A stretch of 63,643 nucleotides of DNA, from contig CALVTD010000002.1 of NCBI GenBank assembly GCA_944359935.1, forward strand, positions 1 through 63,643, read 5' to 3'. The stretch's first letter is position 1. Each line of letters begins with the position of its first letter. Of this stretch, positions 33,801 through 48,800 are shown one piece after another. The position numbers were made by a program, and so were the translations under genes. The notes beneath the pieces were generated by a model, which saw nothing but the letters and a program-made list of their open reading frames with translations, was not told where the DNA came from and made no database searches. Source of the DNA: an uncultured Clostridia bacterium. Lineage in GTDB: Bacteria; Bacillota; Clostridia; Christensenellales; UBA1242.

Positions 33801-36800
33801 ATCAAACACCACTTACACAACTTGGCAACTACTTTGAGCAAATTGCCTCTGGCTATTACAACAAAATTGATGGCACGCAGCAAACAAAAATTTATTACAG
33901 CCAATTTATTCAAAGAATAGAGGTTGTTGTGGCTGACGGACTTAGCGAAGAAACCGCAACAAGAATTTATAACTCCACGCAACTGGAAAACATTCAAACC
34001 AACAGACACTATGAACTTATGAACTCAGTCACACTTAGCAATTGGCAGTCGCTTGCGGCGCTCACCGGTTCGCTTAGGGGAACAGATGAAAATGTTGTGA
34101 TTTCGTTCACTGGCACTTCACAACCACTGTTTGAAAGCATTGGTGAAGGCGGCAGAGTAAGGCAATTTAGGGTGATTGGTAATGTTACAGGCGGAGGCTT
34201 TATTGCCAATGAAAACAATGGCGAAATTTCAAACATCACAGTAGGTGTTGACAGCACTGGCGAAACAGTTGCTCCAAGCAAGGTTACAGGCAAGGAAATT
34301 GCAGACACAGCCGTTTACGCAGGTGCAATTGTGGGCTATAACACTGGCTCTATCACAGATGTAAGGGTTGAAGGCGCAAGTGTTGAAATTGCAGGCAATT
34401 CATATGCCGGCATGATTGCGGGCTACAACAGCGGCACCATTACAAACGCATATGCCGAGTTTTATATCTTCTCTTCTTCCACAACGGGCGATGGCGAAGA
34501 TGCCGTAACAACAAATCAAACAAACACCATCAGCGGACAATATGTGGGAGGCTTTGTTGGATACATGGCTGGCGGAGAGATTAGCCACAGTTATGTTTAC
34601 AACTATAATTTAAGCGGCACCACACAGGCTACTCTGCCATTGCAGGGCGCCACAGACGACACAGTCGGCGCGTTTGCAGGCTATGTGGCTGGTGGAAGAG
34701 TTTACAACAGTTTCTCACTGATTTTTGCAACCGAGAATGATGGTTTAAGCGAAGTAGGAGAAGAGGCGGAAGGAGCCACATTTACCACCGCCGATGTTTA
34801 CTGGGGTTATGGCAGCAATCGTGAACGCATAAATAACAGCAATAATTGGATTTATAAAGCAGACACCAACAATTTCCAATCATATGTTAGAAATGACGAG
34901 CAGCACTTGACATTCTATCAAGAACAGATGGTTGAAAATGTAAACGCCTTTACAATTGCCTCGACAGAGCAATCTGTTCCAGTTGGCGCAGATGCAGGAA
35001 TTTTGTATATTTACAAACTGCGCTCCTCTTACAACCTTTCTGACAGTCAAAACAGTGAACTTACTGCCTACAACACTATTTCACTTTCAACGCTTTTTGG
35101 CGAAAGCGGCAGCAATTTGGTGGCTTTAAGCAACAATTCAAACATCGCTGAAATTGTTGGAAATAACATTGTTCTGCACGATGTGGGCGACTTTGAACTT
35201 ACAATTTCTTCCAAACAAAATTATTCACTTTCAAAAACTTTTGCCATTAAAGTTTTGTATGTAATTGACGACTTTACAATTTCTCACAATGAAGTGCAAA
35301 CCTCTGGGTTTACTGTGCAAGAAGGCAAAAGCGCCAATGTTGATTTTTCAGTGACCAGCAACATTTATTTGCGCGGGCAGTCTTTCAATTTGCAATTAAA
35401 CTCGATGCAAATCAACATGAATTTGCAAAACGAAACGCTTGAAAATAATGTAGACCTCACAGTCAATGGCATGGTGGGGCAGATTACAGTTCTTCCTGGC
35501 ACAAAACAACTTGCAAGCAATTTTGTGGTTGATGTAAACATCTCCGTTACAGGGCTTGATGAGGCATATAACGAAGCAATCATGGGCGCGTCCCAAAGGC
35601 AGTTAACAATTACACCAGTGCTTGGCGCAAACGACATAAGAATCAGTGCCGATTCGCTTAACATTGTGCCAGCATATGACTCTAAACTTGAAGTGGTGCT
35701 TGTTACTGACGAGCCTAGCGACGACCTTATTCTTTCGGTTATGAAAGACGATGCAGAGGCATACTTGACGCAAAGGGCAGACGAAGAGGATGGCGACAAC
35801 CTTATCTTCTCATTTGCTGGCGAGGATGTGCTTAACATACACGTTGCAAAATCTACTGTTAACGAAGGACAAATTTCTTACACTTTAACTATTTCGATAA
35901 TAGATTCATATCGCTCCACAATTATGCAGGCGGAGGGGTATACTCTTTACATATCCTCACAAACTGGCACAACTGATAAAGAAAACATCCCAGTTTCATT
36001 GACTTTAACCAGTCAGCCTATCAACCATGTAGACATAACAAATTATAGAGGCGGCAACACCTCTTCAACAAATGGCGTGAATGTTTATTCTAGAACTTAT
36101 GAGGCAGTTTCAGTGCTTTCACCAGGACGCAGTTCTGTTATGGAAATTTACATTGACCCAGACTTTGCTTACTATGAATACATGACGTTAACCTATCAAA
36201 ACACAGACGGCGCAGTGCTTGGCATCACAAAGATGGATAGGTATAACGATTCTAACAATCAATACACCACCGACACTTCCTCAAATGTTTCATACATTGC
36301 AAACGGAGTGAGGGTTGGCAGAGAAAGCGATGGGTTCTTTGCGTTTAGGCTTACCGCAGCCGGAAACATCTCGCAAGACACAACCTTCATTTTGTCAGCA
36401 AACTTCTATGACGCAAACGGAAACCTTGTTTGCGAAACAACCACCTATGAACTTTACATTTCATATTTGCCAGAAGCAGAAATCACCATTGACGGCGAAA
36501 TAAGCGCGCTTGTGGCAAAGGGTGGAAACTTGCAACTTACAATCATGCTTAGAAACGACCAAACCTTGGATGCACTCATCCCTGAAAACACAACTGGCAT
36601 AACCATTGCGCCAGAAAGCACTTGGGTTGTTACTGACAACCAAGACGGCACAAAAACAATAACTGCAAACCTTTACGCAAACCTTAATGCGGGCGTGCTT
36701 AGTGGTAAAACTGATGAAGAAAGCGGCCAGCCTATTGCTGAGAATGGCGAGTTTACAATCAGGGCACAGGTTTCAAGAGTAACCAACGGCGTGCAAGAAA

Positions 36801-39800
36801 TTAAAACCTCTTACGCATATGTAACCATTGTGGACTTTTTGCCTGAATCGGCAAGCGTTCAAGAGGCAACTTATGACGAAGATTTGGGAATGGATGTTTT
36901 AAGTGCTTACATTGGCATTCCAATTACCATTGATTTTGATTACACCTTTAATCCAGAAACATACGCTTACGACAACTCTAACCCAGATGAGGCAGCCCTT
37001 GCTCAAGAACTTTATGAGGCAAGAAACACATTCACAAGCACAGGCGGTTACACTGATGCTGATGGCTCATTCTCAATCAACGTCTCAAATGGCGCGGTTG
37101 TGCCAATCTATGAAAGGCTTTACAACGGCAATCAACGCCTTGACTTCACTGAAACCAGCCCTAAAACTTGGGTCTATTCAAACAGCAACTTCCGTTTAAC
37201 TTACAGGCAAACAAGTGCTACTGACGGCGTTTTAACTGTTTTGGGGCTTGTTACAACTTCTAGCCCAATTCAAATCACACTGAGAGACACAATCACGCTT
37301 ATAAATTCAGGAAGCAATGTGTCTTACACAATAAACACAACTTTTGCAATTGGGGTTGAGGTTCATTCCGACCAAGATTTGCCGCTGCTTATTGAAGATG
37401 CGGAAGACTTTTTGCAGGTTGCCCAAGAAGGAACTGCACAAAATTACATTTTGATGAACGACATTTATCTTCAAAATTACACCCCAATTTCAGCAGCAAA
37501 CTTCCTCAGCCTGGATGGAAACGGGCACACAATTCACATTCAGTCATTTAACACCACTGGCTCTGGCACTTTAAACTTGGCGCTCTTCACAGAGATTCCA
37601 ACCGGCTCTATAATGAAGAACATCAAGGTCAACTACTACACAGGTGGGAAAATAACCGTTGACACCACTTCGTCAGGTTACAGCACAATCAACATTGCAG
37701 GCTTTGCAATCACAAACAGCGGAACAATAACAAACTGCGAGGTTGTGGCTTATGAATACGACGGCGCAACCGTTCAAAACGGCGATGTGGGCATAATTGT
37801 AAGTTATGTTAGAGGTTCAACACCATATTACATTGGCGACGCTTCAATCACCAGCAATGTTGCAGGCTTTGTGATTACAAATGCCGGAAGCATAACCAAC
37901 AGCAAGGTTGGCGGTGAGGAAATCATCGTAATTGGCGAGCAGATTTTAGACACCAACCGCACATCTTACTCAACCGTGGAACTTGACAACTTTGTGCTTT
38001 CTGCACAAGGGCAGATGGCAGGCTTTGTGCTTACAAACTCTGGCGATATTGCATCATCGGGGGTTAAAAACATTCAAATCACAAACAATGCTTCGCTGAC
38101 AAGCAGTGAAACAGGCGGGTTTGTGGTTGACAACTCTGGCGAAATTAGAACCTCATATGTTGAAGGGGCGGGTGAGCAGACGCAGGTTGAAAACGATGTT
38201 TCACCACACTTCACAGACACCAACATCTCTTCAAGAGGGATTGTTGCAGGCTTTGTTGTAAACAACAACACAAGCGGAAGAATTTCAAATGGTTATTCAA
38301 ACATATTAATTAAAAATGACAGCGAACTTAAAAGCAGAACAAGTGCCGGCTTTGTTTACACAAACGAAGGGCACATTGAAACATCACTTTCTGCTTCCTA
38401 TGTTGAAATGGCCGACCTGTTGCAACTTGGCTTCTCGGGCGTGGACAGAAACGGCAACAGTTTAAATAGTGGAACTATCGAATTATCTTATTATATAAAT
38501 GAAGATTACAATGACGACTCGCTCAGCGATGTTCAAAATGTAATCTCAAATCAAGCCACACTTGTGGACAAAAACGAAATAAGGTCCAACAACGCTTATT
38601 ATGGCTTTATCTTTGCCAGCGAAAACTCAACAGAGGATGGCGTTTGGATGCAAAGCGCTTATGGGCCAAAACTTGTTAGCACTCAAACTTTGACAGTCAG
38701 CCATAGATACTATGTGGCAATCTCTCAGGATGAGTATGTTTTGCCATATGCAATTTTGGAGGACACAGCAAATTCTTCCTCTGCAAGATACAATACCGCT
38801 TATGGCAACGACATCAACCCAATTTTAATCACCTCTGCACTCGATTTTAGAGATGCAATGGGTGAGTCGACTTCAACTTACATCAGTGCCTTCTTTAATG
38901 ACACTGAGGTGTTTGGCTCTTACAGATTTACCAGCGACATTGACCTTTCACAACTCAACAATGAGCAGGGCAATGCAGAGGTTCAATCCATAGATAAAAC
39001 ATTCAGCGGAACAATTGACGGAAACGGATTTGCCGTAAACAATATTTCAATCCGCTCTTCAAACAACTCTGTGGGCTTGTTTGGACAGGCACAGACGGCG
39101 GTTATCAAAAGCCTTGACCTTGTTGTAGACAACGTAACGGCTTCCAACTCATATGTGGTTGGCGGACTGGTTGGTTTGGTGCAAGACTCAACAATTATTG
39201 ACATTAACCTCACGCAAAATGTGGCAGACGAGGCTTCATCCGGCGTGGGAGTGCTGGGCAGAAACATCGCTGGCGGAATTATCGGTGCGGCTTTTGGCAG
39301 CACAAGGCTTAACGGGCTTACAGTAAATAATGTTATTGTTCAGGCATCTTACTATGATGACAACACCTCCACAAACACAAGTTCGCTTGAAAGCATGCTT
39401 TACAGAACAGGCTTCAACCCAACTTTGATACGAAACAGCCAGCGTCAAAACATTAACAACTTCTACTCCAACAACATGCAAAACGGTGGCGTTGGAATGG
39501 TTTCATTTGCGGGCGGAATTGTTGGATATTTGGATATCTACAATTCACTGGAAGCATCATACACCGGCTTTGTTTATGGTGGCATCACAAGCACAGATTA
39601 TTCTGTAACAAAACTGTTGACGCAAGGCTCTGTTGATGTGCGCGGTGAAGTTGCAGGCGGTGTGTTTGGCTACACAGGCTATCAAACAAAGGCACAAGAC
39701 ATTGGCATTAAAGTTGCAAAGAGCGAAAACTCATATGCAAGCATTCTTTCTTACAACTATTTTGCAGGTGGAATTGCAGGCTTGGCCAATGGACAATTCT

Positions 39801-42800
39801 ACCAAGTTTATGCAGAGCATGAAGAAAGCGTTCAAGACGCAATTGAAGACACAACAAGCGCTTACTACATCAGCGCAAACACAAGCACAGAGCGCGGCGT
39901 GCTTGACCTGTTTAGATACACCGGCCAGGAGGGAACAGGCGAGTATCGTTACTATCCAAAATATGTTGGCGGACTTATGGGCGTTATGGGCTCAGGCACA
40001 ATATATGTTGGTTACAACAAACTTAATGCAATCAACTACACAACCGATGGTGTTTCATATGCCGGCGGAATTGCTGGCGCAGCAATTGCAGGCAGCAGTT
40101 ATTATATCGACAACAACGCAACTCAACTTAGGGTTTTAACAAACCTTTACATGCAGGAAGTTTACTCAACCGGTGACGTTTATGCGTATGGTGGAGAGTA
40201 TAATGGCGGCGCAATTTCACAAACCGAAAACCATGCCTTTGGCGGACTGTTCGGCGTGCTTGAAGATAACGAGAATTTGGTTATGTCGTCAGTCAACTCG
40301 TTTGCTCATTATGGAATTTTGGATAATCCATATTATGAACAGAGCGCTGAAAACACAACCGGCGCAACAATCTATGCGGTTGCAGGCAAGGTGGACGCAG
40401 ACGCAAGCGTAACTGTTATGCCATCAAGCACAGCAATCAGCAATTCTGAGGGCAACACTTCAAGTGAAATCACATCTTTAAAATCTTTTGGCTACATGAA
40501 TTCATACTCAGCGGCAGGCATTTCACTCACCGTTGAGCCATACCCAGGCTATGATGCTGAGCAGGCAGCGGACGCTGACTACTACTTTGTTATTACCTCT
40601 GTTTCATCATTCACTTCACAAACCGAGGGCTTCACAATAACCAACGGCGCATTCATCAATTCAAGGGCATGGAGCAATGAAAACTGGGTGCACACCACAA
40701 ACACACTTTATCCTGAAATCAACTTTGTAAACACAGTTAATTACATCTATTTAGACCAAAACAATGTTGAAATTGTGCTTGACAGAATGCAAAATTCCTC
40801 AATCGAAGTTAGGGTGAGGGGCAGAAACGCCGACGGAAATGGCTACGGAATGGTTGACCTTCGTGGATACGACATCAACATTGAAGGCTTCTCGGGCACA
40901 ATTGTGGGCTATTCCACCAGCGCTGATTGGGGCGAAGACAACGCACCTGAGTTGATTAGAACATCATATTACAAAGAATCTAGTGATGACACCAACGCAT
41001 CTGGCTATCCAGGCTTGATTATTGACGAACCGATATTTGCAAGCACTGGCTCTGGATTTAGCGTTGAAAACCTCAACATTGTTGTTGAGAGAGCAGATAC
41101 GCCATCGACAGATGAACCGTTTGAATTTACTGGCGGCATAATTTCAAGCGCGGATGTAACAGACGCGACTATTGAAGGCGTTACGGTTTATGTGCGTTCG
41201 CCAATTGTGGTCAATGACTTAGCGTCAAACGCAGGTTTGTTGGTTCCAAATGCTGTCAACACCTCATTTAGAAATATTGAAATAATCTTTGCATATAACT
41301 TGGCAAGCGGCAGCAGTTATATTGAATTTCGCCACAACCCTGATGAAGGCGACAACAATGACGGGCTCAATGTAGGTCTTCTTGCGGGAACTATTTTACA
41401 AAACTCAATTTTTGAAGCACTTAGAATTCAAGACATTACAATTAAACATCCAAGTTTGGAAAGTGCTAATCATGTATTCCAAGTAAATGCATCTGGAAGT
41501 GTTTATGCAGGGTTGTATGCAGGCAGATTGGCGGAAAATGTTTCAAACGGCACAGGCTCGTCAGGTGACGGAGAGACAGAACAGCCAGCTTCGCCAACAC
41601 AAAATTATGCAGGCGTGATTGTTGAGGTTAAAGCGCCAGAACTTACTGGATCGTCAACTGGGGACTCAATGACCTCATCAATATCCATAGCCTCATTAAT
41701 TAATGGAGAGACACCAACTACTTTAACAAGTTTGACTCTTGGCGGATATTTTGGTGAGTTGACATCACAAAATGCAAGGCTCGCTCTTTCAACAGAGCAA
41801 ACCTATACTCAAAAAATTGCTTTGAGAGTTTCGTCTTCTGCAAGCACGGTTACGATTGGCGGAATTGCCGGCACAGCCCAACTTCAAAACTTTGAAGTGA
41901 ATAACACCGCTCAATCTGATGGCAACACATTATCCACTGATGTTTACTTGGGTTCAAGTGCAAAACTTACTAACACCACAATGGGCATGTTGTTTGGTGA
42001 GGCCTCTGGCTCATTCAACATTCAAAACCTTACTGTAAACGGATTACTGCAATCAACTGCGGAAGGTGACGCCGAGGGCTCGCTTAATAAAGTGTCATCA
42101 ATAGGCGGATTGATTGGCGCAAACCACGCTACAATCAGTGCAATCACAAATGTTGCAGTGAATTTTGATGCTTATAAAGACTCCAAACCAGCATTAAATA
42201 ACAGCGCATTTACAACTGGCGCCAACAATTCGGTTGCTATTGAAAGCCTCAGTTTTGGTGGCTTTATCGGCACAAACTATGGAAGTGTTTCCTTAACCGA
42301 AGGCACAAACGGTGAGGACAACACCTACAATAATTCAGGCGAAAACTATGTTGCATTTGCTGGCGACCCAACAACATTTAACTTGGGTGATTTAATCGGC
42401 TCAAATGTAGGCAATGGCCTTTCAGTTTCAAACTTCGCTTCAAATGGTATCACAGTGGTAAACGCGGCGGATACTAGCGAAATTCTTAGCATCGGCGGAC
42501 TTATTGGTAGTGACAATACGGCATACATCACAAATATTGCCGCAAGTTCATCCGGTGCTGATGTTCAAGTTTTATCCAACTTCTTTATCAGCGCGCAAAA
42601 TGTCAACGCTGGCGGCATGATTGGCAATTTGGTAAAGGCAACCTCTTCAAATAGCAAAGTAATTTCAAACGCTGTGTTTGGCGGAGCGTTTAAGTTTAAT
42701 ATAACTGCCGAAGCCGACAATGCAGACGGCATACATTCAGTGGGCGGCATGATTGGTAAGGTGCCTGATTCTAGTGACGGTGGCAATGTTACTGAGACAA

Positions 42801-45800
42801 TTTCAATTGAAAACACAATCAACTATGGTGATGTAATTTACACCTATGCCGATGGTGAAAGCGGTGAATCGCAATTAGCCGATTATTACTTCGGCGGAAT
42901 TGTAGGTCAGTCGGTGGTTGCTACGGAGGATACTCCACGTGCAAGAATACAAGCAGAAGGCAACATCATTGCCTTCACAAACAATAACCCACGCTTGGCT
43001 TCGAGCAAACATGAAACCAGCGCACTGATTGGTGACGGCGGAAGCGCGTTGCTAAGCAACAACAATTATTATTCTTCACAACTTGTGCTTGCTGTCAGCG
43101 ACGAAACAAGAATGGTAGACTCTACTTATGTTAGTCGTAAAAATGTAACAAACTATGCTGGATATGGCACAGTTAACACGACTAGTATATTGGATAGAAT
43201 TTCAGCGCGCCTTGGCGAAACAGATTTAGGCACAAAAATTAACCCTGTAACAGGTGACGGCTCGGCAGACGCTAACACCAACGGCATTAAATACTATGCT
43301 GTTGTGCCTAACGAGGGAGATTTTGCTGACAATTTCGCATACATCGGTGATTTTGCAGAAATCAATTCACCAATTTCCACTGTGGGAGAGCATAGTTTTG
43401 TGGCTGGCGTTGTGGTTAATAATAATGCTGATGACGAGACTTCTACATATGAAGATCAAACTAATGTTGGCGGCTTAGTTCACAACCTTAACGGCGGCAT
43501 AATTTATGCAAGCATGGCAACTGGCACACTTTCAGTTGGCGGAACTAACGTTAAAAACATCGGCGGTTTGGTTGGCTTGATGAATGGAGGGTTGATTGCT
43601 GAAAGCACCTCATCAGTCAACATTGTGTATCGTGCTGGCAAAAATGGAACAACCTATGGCACAGCCTCCGGAATTGCCACAACAGGCACATCCGCTGGGA
43701 CAACTGGGACAACTTACAATTACTTTGATAAAGTCTACTCAACAGGCGAGGTGGCTTCCTATATCAGCGCCAATGTTTATGCGTTCACGAATGGAACAAA
43801 TGCAACAGTGCGCGATAGTTACACAATCAGCAAGGTTAATCGAAAAGATTACACCGCCGAAGCAGTAAGTGGCACAATCGGCGTGTTTGGCGAGGCTAGC
43901 GCGCATGATAATGCAGGAAACTGGTATGATGGAAATGCCACTGAGGTTCAAGAAAATGTTGGAGCAAGTGCGACAAATTCTACAACAAAAACACTTGCAT
44001 ATAATGCCGCAGCAGTGGATCCAAATGCTGGTTGGAAACAAAACATTGAATATAACTATGGCTATCCAACGCGCAATTTTGCGGCATTTGATGTGTCAAC
44101 AACAACAGAAGATGGCTATTACTTAATTCCAAACGCAACCAAACTTGCGCAAATTGATGATGGGCCTGACTTGAATTATAAACTTGTGCGTGACATTGAC
44201 TTGTCAAAAACAAGTTTTGCTTCTACTGATGATAAAAGTTCATGGAAAAGTGTGGAAAACTCTGCAATATTTGATGGCGATGGTCACACAATAAATGGGC
44301 TTATTAAAGCAACCTTGTTTAGTTCTGCTGGCACAATTCAAAATTTAAGAGTTACCAATGCAGAAGTTACTACTGGCAACGCAGTTGTTGCAAATTCGAT
44401 TGAAAATGCAACCAACGTTATTGCTTCTGGAACATTGACAATAACAAAAGCAGCCCAAAATTCAAAAATAGGCGGTTTGTTTGCAGCAAGTACTTATGCC
44501 GGTGCTCAAATTTCAAACTGTAAAAACTATGTTGCAATCACGGCAGAGGGTGCTAGCCTGTCTGTTGGTGGCATTATTGGATCTTTGCCAAATGAAGGCA
44601 GCAACACGATAAAAAATTGCTATAACTATTCGCCAATCACTGTAAACTCAGCGGGCGGCTATGTTGGCGGAATTGCTGGACAGGCAAATACCATTACAGG
44701 GTCTGGCAACGAAAACACCGTGTTCAACGGTTACACCACAAAAATAACCACAACTAACACCACAACAGAAAATAATTATTATGCCGGCGGAATTGCAGGA
44801 ATGGCAGGCAGCGTTTCCGATTGCTACAATACCTCAATGGTTAAAGCGGGTCACAAATCAAACACCGAAGCCTCTTACGCAGCCGGTATTGTTGCTAATG
44901 GAACGGCCTCAGGTTGTTCTAATGAGGGCTATATTGAAGCGTTAGGAAAAAATTACGAAATTAGTCAAATTAGCAAACCAGGCGTTAGCGTTAGTGGCAC
45001 TGAGGTAAAGTTAAATAAAAATTTAACATATGGCGGAGGCACTAGAAATGTGTATGCCAGTGCAATAGCAATAAATGGCACCACAATTTCCAACTCTGGA
45101 AATAATTCAGGAAGCGTTTATCAAAATGGTAATTTTGGCAAACAGACAATTATAAAAGAAGGAACTCACTATGACATAGCCACCTTAGGTTTAAACAATG
45201 TTCAGTTGACTAAAACAGGAGACATTACAATTAGTCTCACAGGCGAACTTGTTGTTGCTGAACTTGATGCACTTGGCGGGCCAAAATCGTTCTATATAAA
45301 AATCACCAGAAATATTAATTATGGCAGTGGTGTCGACAAGCCACAAACAATTTACACCTCTTTACAAACCATTAGAAGCACATATGAAAGCCAAGCATTA
45401 ACATCCGGGGACGATTCAACAAGCATTTCTCGTTCCGCAACAACGGCACCAGAAGGAACTAATGCTTTGCAATCTGTCAATATCGGCGGCAAATTATATG
45501 CATTTGTAAAAGATGCAGATGCGTTTAAAAGCACGACAAATTCTGGTTATGCTGTTGCCACAACAACATTGCTGGGGACCGTAGAATTAAGCCATAGCAC
45601 AGCAAGCGATGATGACGCAACAATTGCAGACCTGATCTCTGCGGGTTATACATTCAGTGTGTCAAGCACGACAACAAACGTAACTGGTGTGGCGTCAATC
45701 AACAGCGCGAGAGATGGCTTAAACATTACTTTCACATATCCAACCGGTATAGATAGCATCGCTTACTCAATAACCGCTACTAAGAGCGCTTACAACCAAA

Positions 45801-48800
45801 CAATCACAATAAACCCAAGCAATTTGTTTGTTGGCACTGAGAATGACAAAACAGTGATTTCCATATCCTTATCATTTGATGTGATAACGGGCGCAAGCTT
45901 TGACATAGGGGGCTACAAATTTAAAGCAGCGGACGCAAGAGAGTTAACCTATACGGTAGGCAAAGACGAAAATGCGAACACAATAATCAGCGCACTTAAC
46001 GGAAACTCATATCTTATCAACACCAATGCAGGTTCAACATACACCACAAACGGAGATGGATATGGTTCGTATACTTTCTCTTCTCAGGCAGGATCTTACG
46101 ACTTAGAAAACGACTTAGAAAAAACATACACGGGCACAAGGCAGGAATCAACAGACCTTGCGTATATTGACACAGGTTTAAGACCTGTTGCAATGGATGG
46201 TGATCTTGTAGCAGGCATGACAATAGGCACGCCAACTGCTGATGATAGAATCACGTTAGCCGCGGCTCCTACTGTAAATGCAGCAACAGCAAGTGCACAA
46301 GTTGAATTCACAATTCGCGTGTTAGGGCATGTTGATTACATCGAAGCACTGGATATACAAGCGAACTGGTGTGGTTATGACGAGATCAATGTTGGAGACC
46401 GTGTGGACCTAAATAATTTTAGAAGTGCATGGTTAGGTGTATGGATGCATCATCATTTAAGTGGCGGGACAGTGGTTAAAGACTATGATGATTTTGAGGC
46501 GCATATGCAAGTTCGAGGAGTAACTTATACTGAAACCTATACGGAAATTTCGCTATATGTTCTTATGGTCTCTGACCTTGATGAAAGTGTAAGTAATATT
46601 ACAGGAGACTTTTGGACTCAAGTCGGCATACCTGCAATGGTTTTAAGGTTTAGTTACGAAGATGGCACCTCTCTGCCAGAAAATTCTACTTTTGAATATG
46701 CTTATGAGCAAACTTACACAGAAAACATAAGCCTTGCTGATGGGTCAACTTTGAATTTAACATACACAAAAATTGATGGAACCGAAGAACTTAGTTGGGA
46801 CCTTGCATATGCAACAGACACAGGCGGCATACTTGGATATGAAGTCTATCAGTATGATGGCGTATATTACTACACTGGCTCGGCAACATATCGTTTAACA
46901 TCAGCGACTATAACCATTGGTGGGTATGATAATGATAACCATACCTACCTAATTAACGGCAATTATTATCACATAAATGCTGGCACAGAAATACTTAATA
47001 ATACAGTAAAAAGAGTTAGCATAGCGGTTGATGACATGAAAAACGATGCGGACAAAACAATTGATATCTATGAAAGAACAACAACGTCAAGCGTTTCATA
47101 CACCGTGACAGAAGAAAATTATTATACGGCTGGCACAGCTACCGCTGCTCTTTACGAGGAAAAACTTGTTTTGATTGACCAAACCGAAGCAAACACAATA
47201 ACCTCTTCTGATAGCAGCATCACAGTGAATGGAACAAGTTATACAATCTCATACTCGATGAGTGATGGAAATTATATTGTAACATTCACTCCTGCCAGTG
47301 GAGATGCAATTGTGTCTCAAAATGACATGGCAGTGTTTGGCAATCAGGAATACAGTGTTTATTTTGATGAAGAAAACGGCACCGTAACCTTAAACCCTCA
47401 ATACTCTGGCAGCGCGGGCATGCTCACTATTGGCGGAACCACATTGTTCTATATTTTGAATGGTGATGGAGATATTGTGGTATATCAAAATGGCGAGGAA
47501 TATGACGTAGCGAATAATAACTACACAATCACAATAAATGGCACAACTTATGCAATTTCAAACAGAAGTGAATTGGTTGAGGATGAGCTTAACGTTACGG
47601 TTTCTTCAACAACAAGTGGAGAAGGTGATGACGCAACCACAACCTACACGCTAACCTATACCAGGTCTGACGGAGTGATTGAAAGTTATCAATTTGTGAG
47701 ATTTGAATATTACCTTGAACAACAGTCAGCACAAACAAGCATCACGCTTCGAAATGATGCGCAAACCGTCACTGTGCCTAATGGTGGCTACATTGATGGC
47801 GATATTGCTGTTACTGCTAGTGGTCCATATGAAGGTTATGATATAGTCGGCAATCAGGTTACATTTGATGCATTTTCTGGTGAAAACAGCAGAACCTACA
47901 CGATATCAGCCAATTACAAAAACTATTCCGTTGGTAATCAAAGTGTTAATGTAAGTGGTAAAACCTACAATTTCGATGGAGTGGTATTGCGCGGCGACAT
48001 TGATTTGGGTGCGCTTAATGACTCATTAACATTAAACATACAAAACAAAGGGTTGCTTGTTGGTGATGGATACTTTGTAAACTACTATACTTCAACAACC
48101 AGTTTATTTAAAGCACCAGATAACGATAACGACAACGTTAATGTTAACATTATCAAAGATTTGAATGTTGCGGGTACAGTGGCGCCAACCTCTGGCGAAA
48201 AGGCAGGTATTTTATTAGATGTTGTTAAAGCCAATTTGAACAATGTTAAAACCTATGGCACAATCACCACTGCTAAAATTACTTATAACAGTTTTACTGC
48301 TGGTGGTGTAGCGTATGAAATAAGCAGTTCTGCAAACATTACCAATGTAAGCAACTTTGCATCATTCTCTAATAACAGCAAAAGTTTCAACATGGCGGGC
48401 ATCGTATACACAGCGACAGGAACATCATGGGCCGGAAGTGTTTCAAACTATGGAACAATTGTCGGTGTTCGTGGCGATGACGGCACAGGTGCTGGCGCTG
48501 CAGGTGGCAAAGGACAAGATGTTTATGCAATCGCGAACACTATCTCTTCGCAAAATGTAAATTCTGCGAATATATACAACTATGGAGTAGTAAAAGCGGG
48601 CGATGGTGGCAACGGCCGCCGAGGCGCAGATGACATAGGTGGAAGTGATTTAAAAGATGATCAAACCACAAATTGGTTAGAGTATGACTCTATTACAAAA
48701 AGTAACTGGACTTTTTCTCCTTATTACATGTTTGTGCTAAGCCCGTTAGCGGATAATGCCAACGAATATTTATATAAAGACGATAATGGTTATCTTACTC

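Noticed and set aside
33176-34009. A 277-aa minus-strand ORF inside the giant gene. The same applies to other long antisense ORFs: 21246-22058, 22689-23306, 53244-53987, 56780-57397, 8077-8679, 15039-15647, 5927-6445 and 166-744.
   Set aside because: Each lies entirely antisense to a gene with clear family motifs (giant ORF, mfd, uvrB, uvrA/MBL, recD2, sirtuin, cysS, ABC exporter). They have odd Cys/Phe/Leu-rich compositions and no Shine-Dalgarno. They are shadow ORFs.
46098-46121. A perfect 12-nt tandem duplication, ACGACTTAGAAA twice, inside the giant gene.
   Set aside because: It is in frame (DLEN-DLEK), has only two copies and is too short to support more than trivial slippage.
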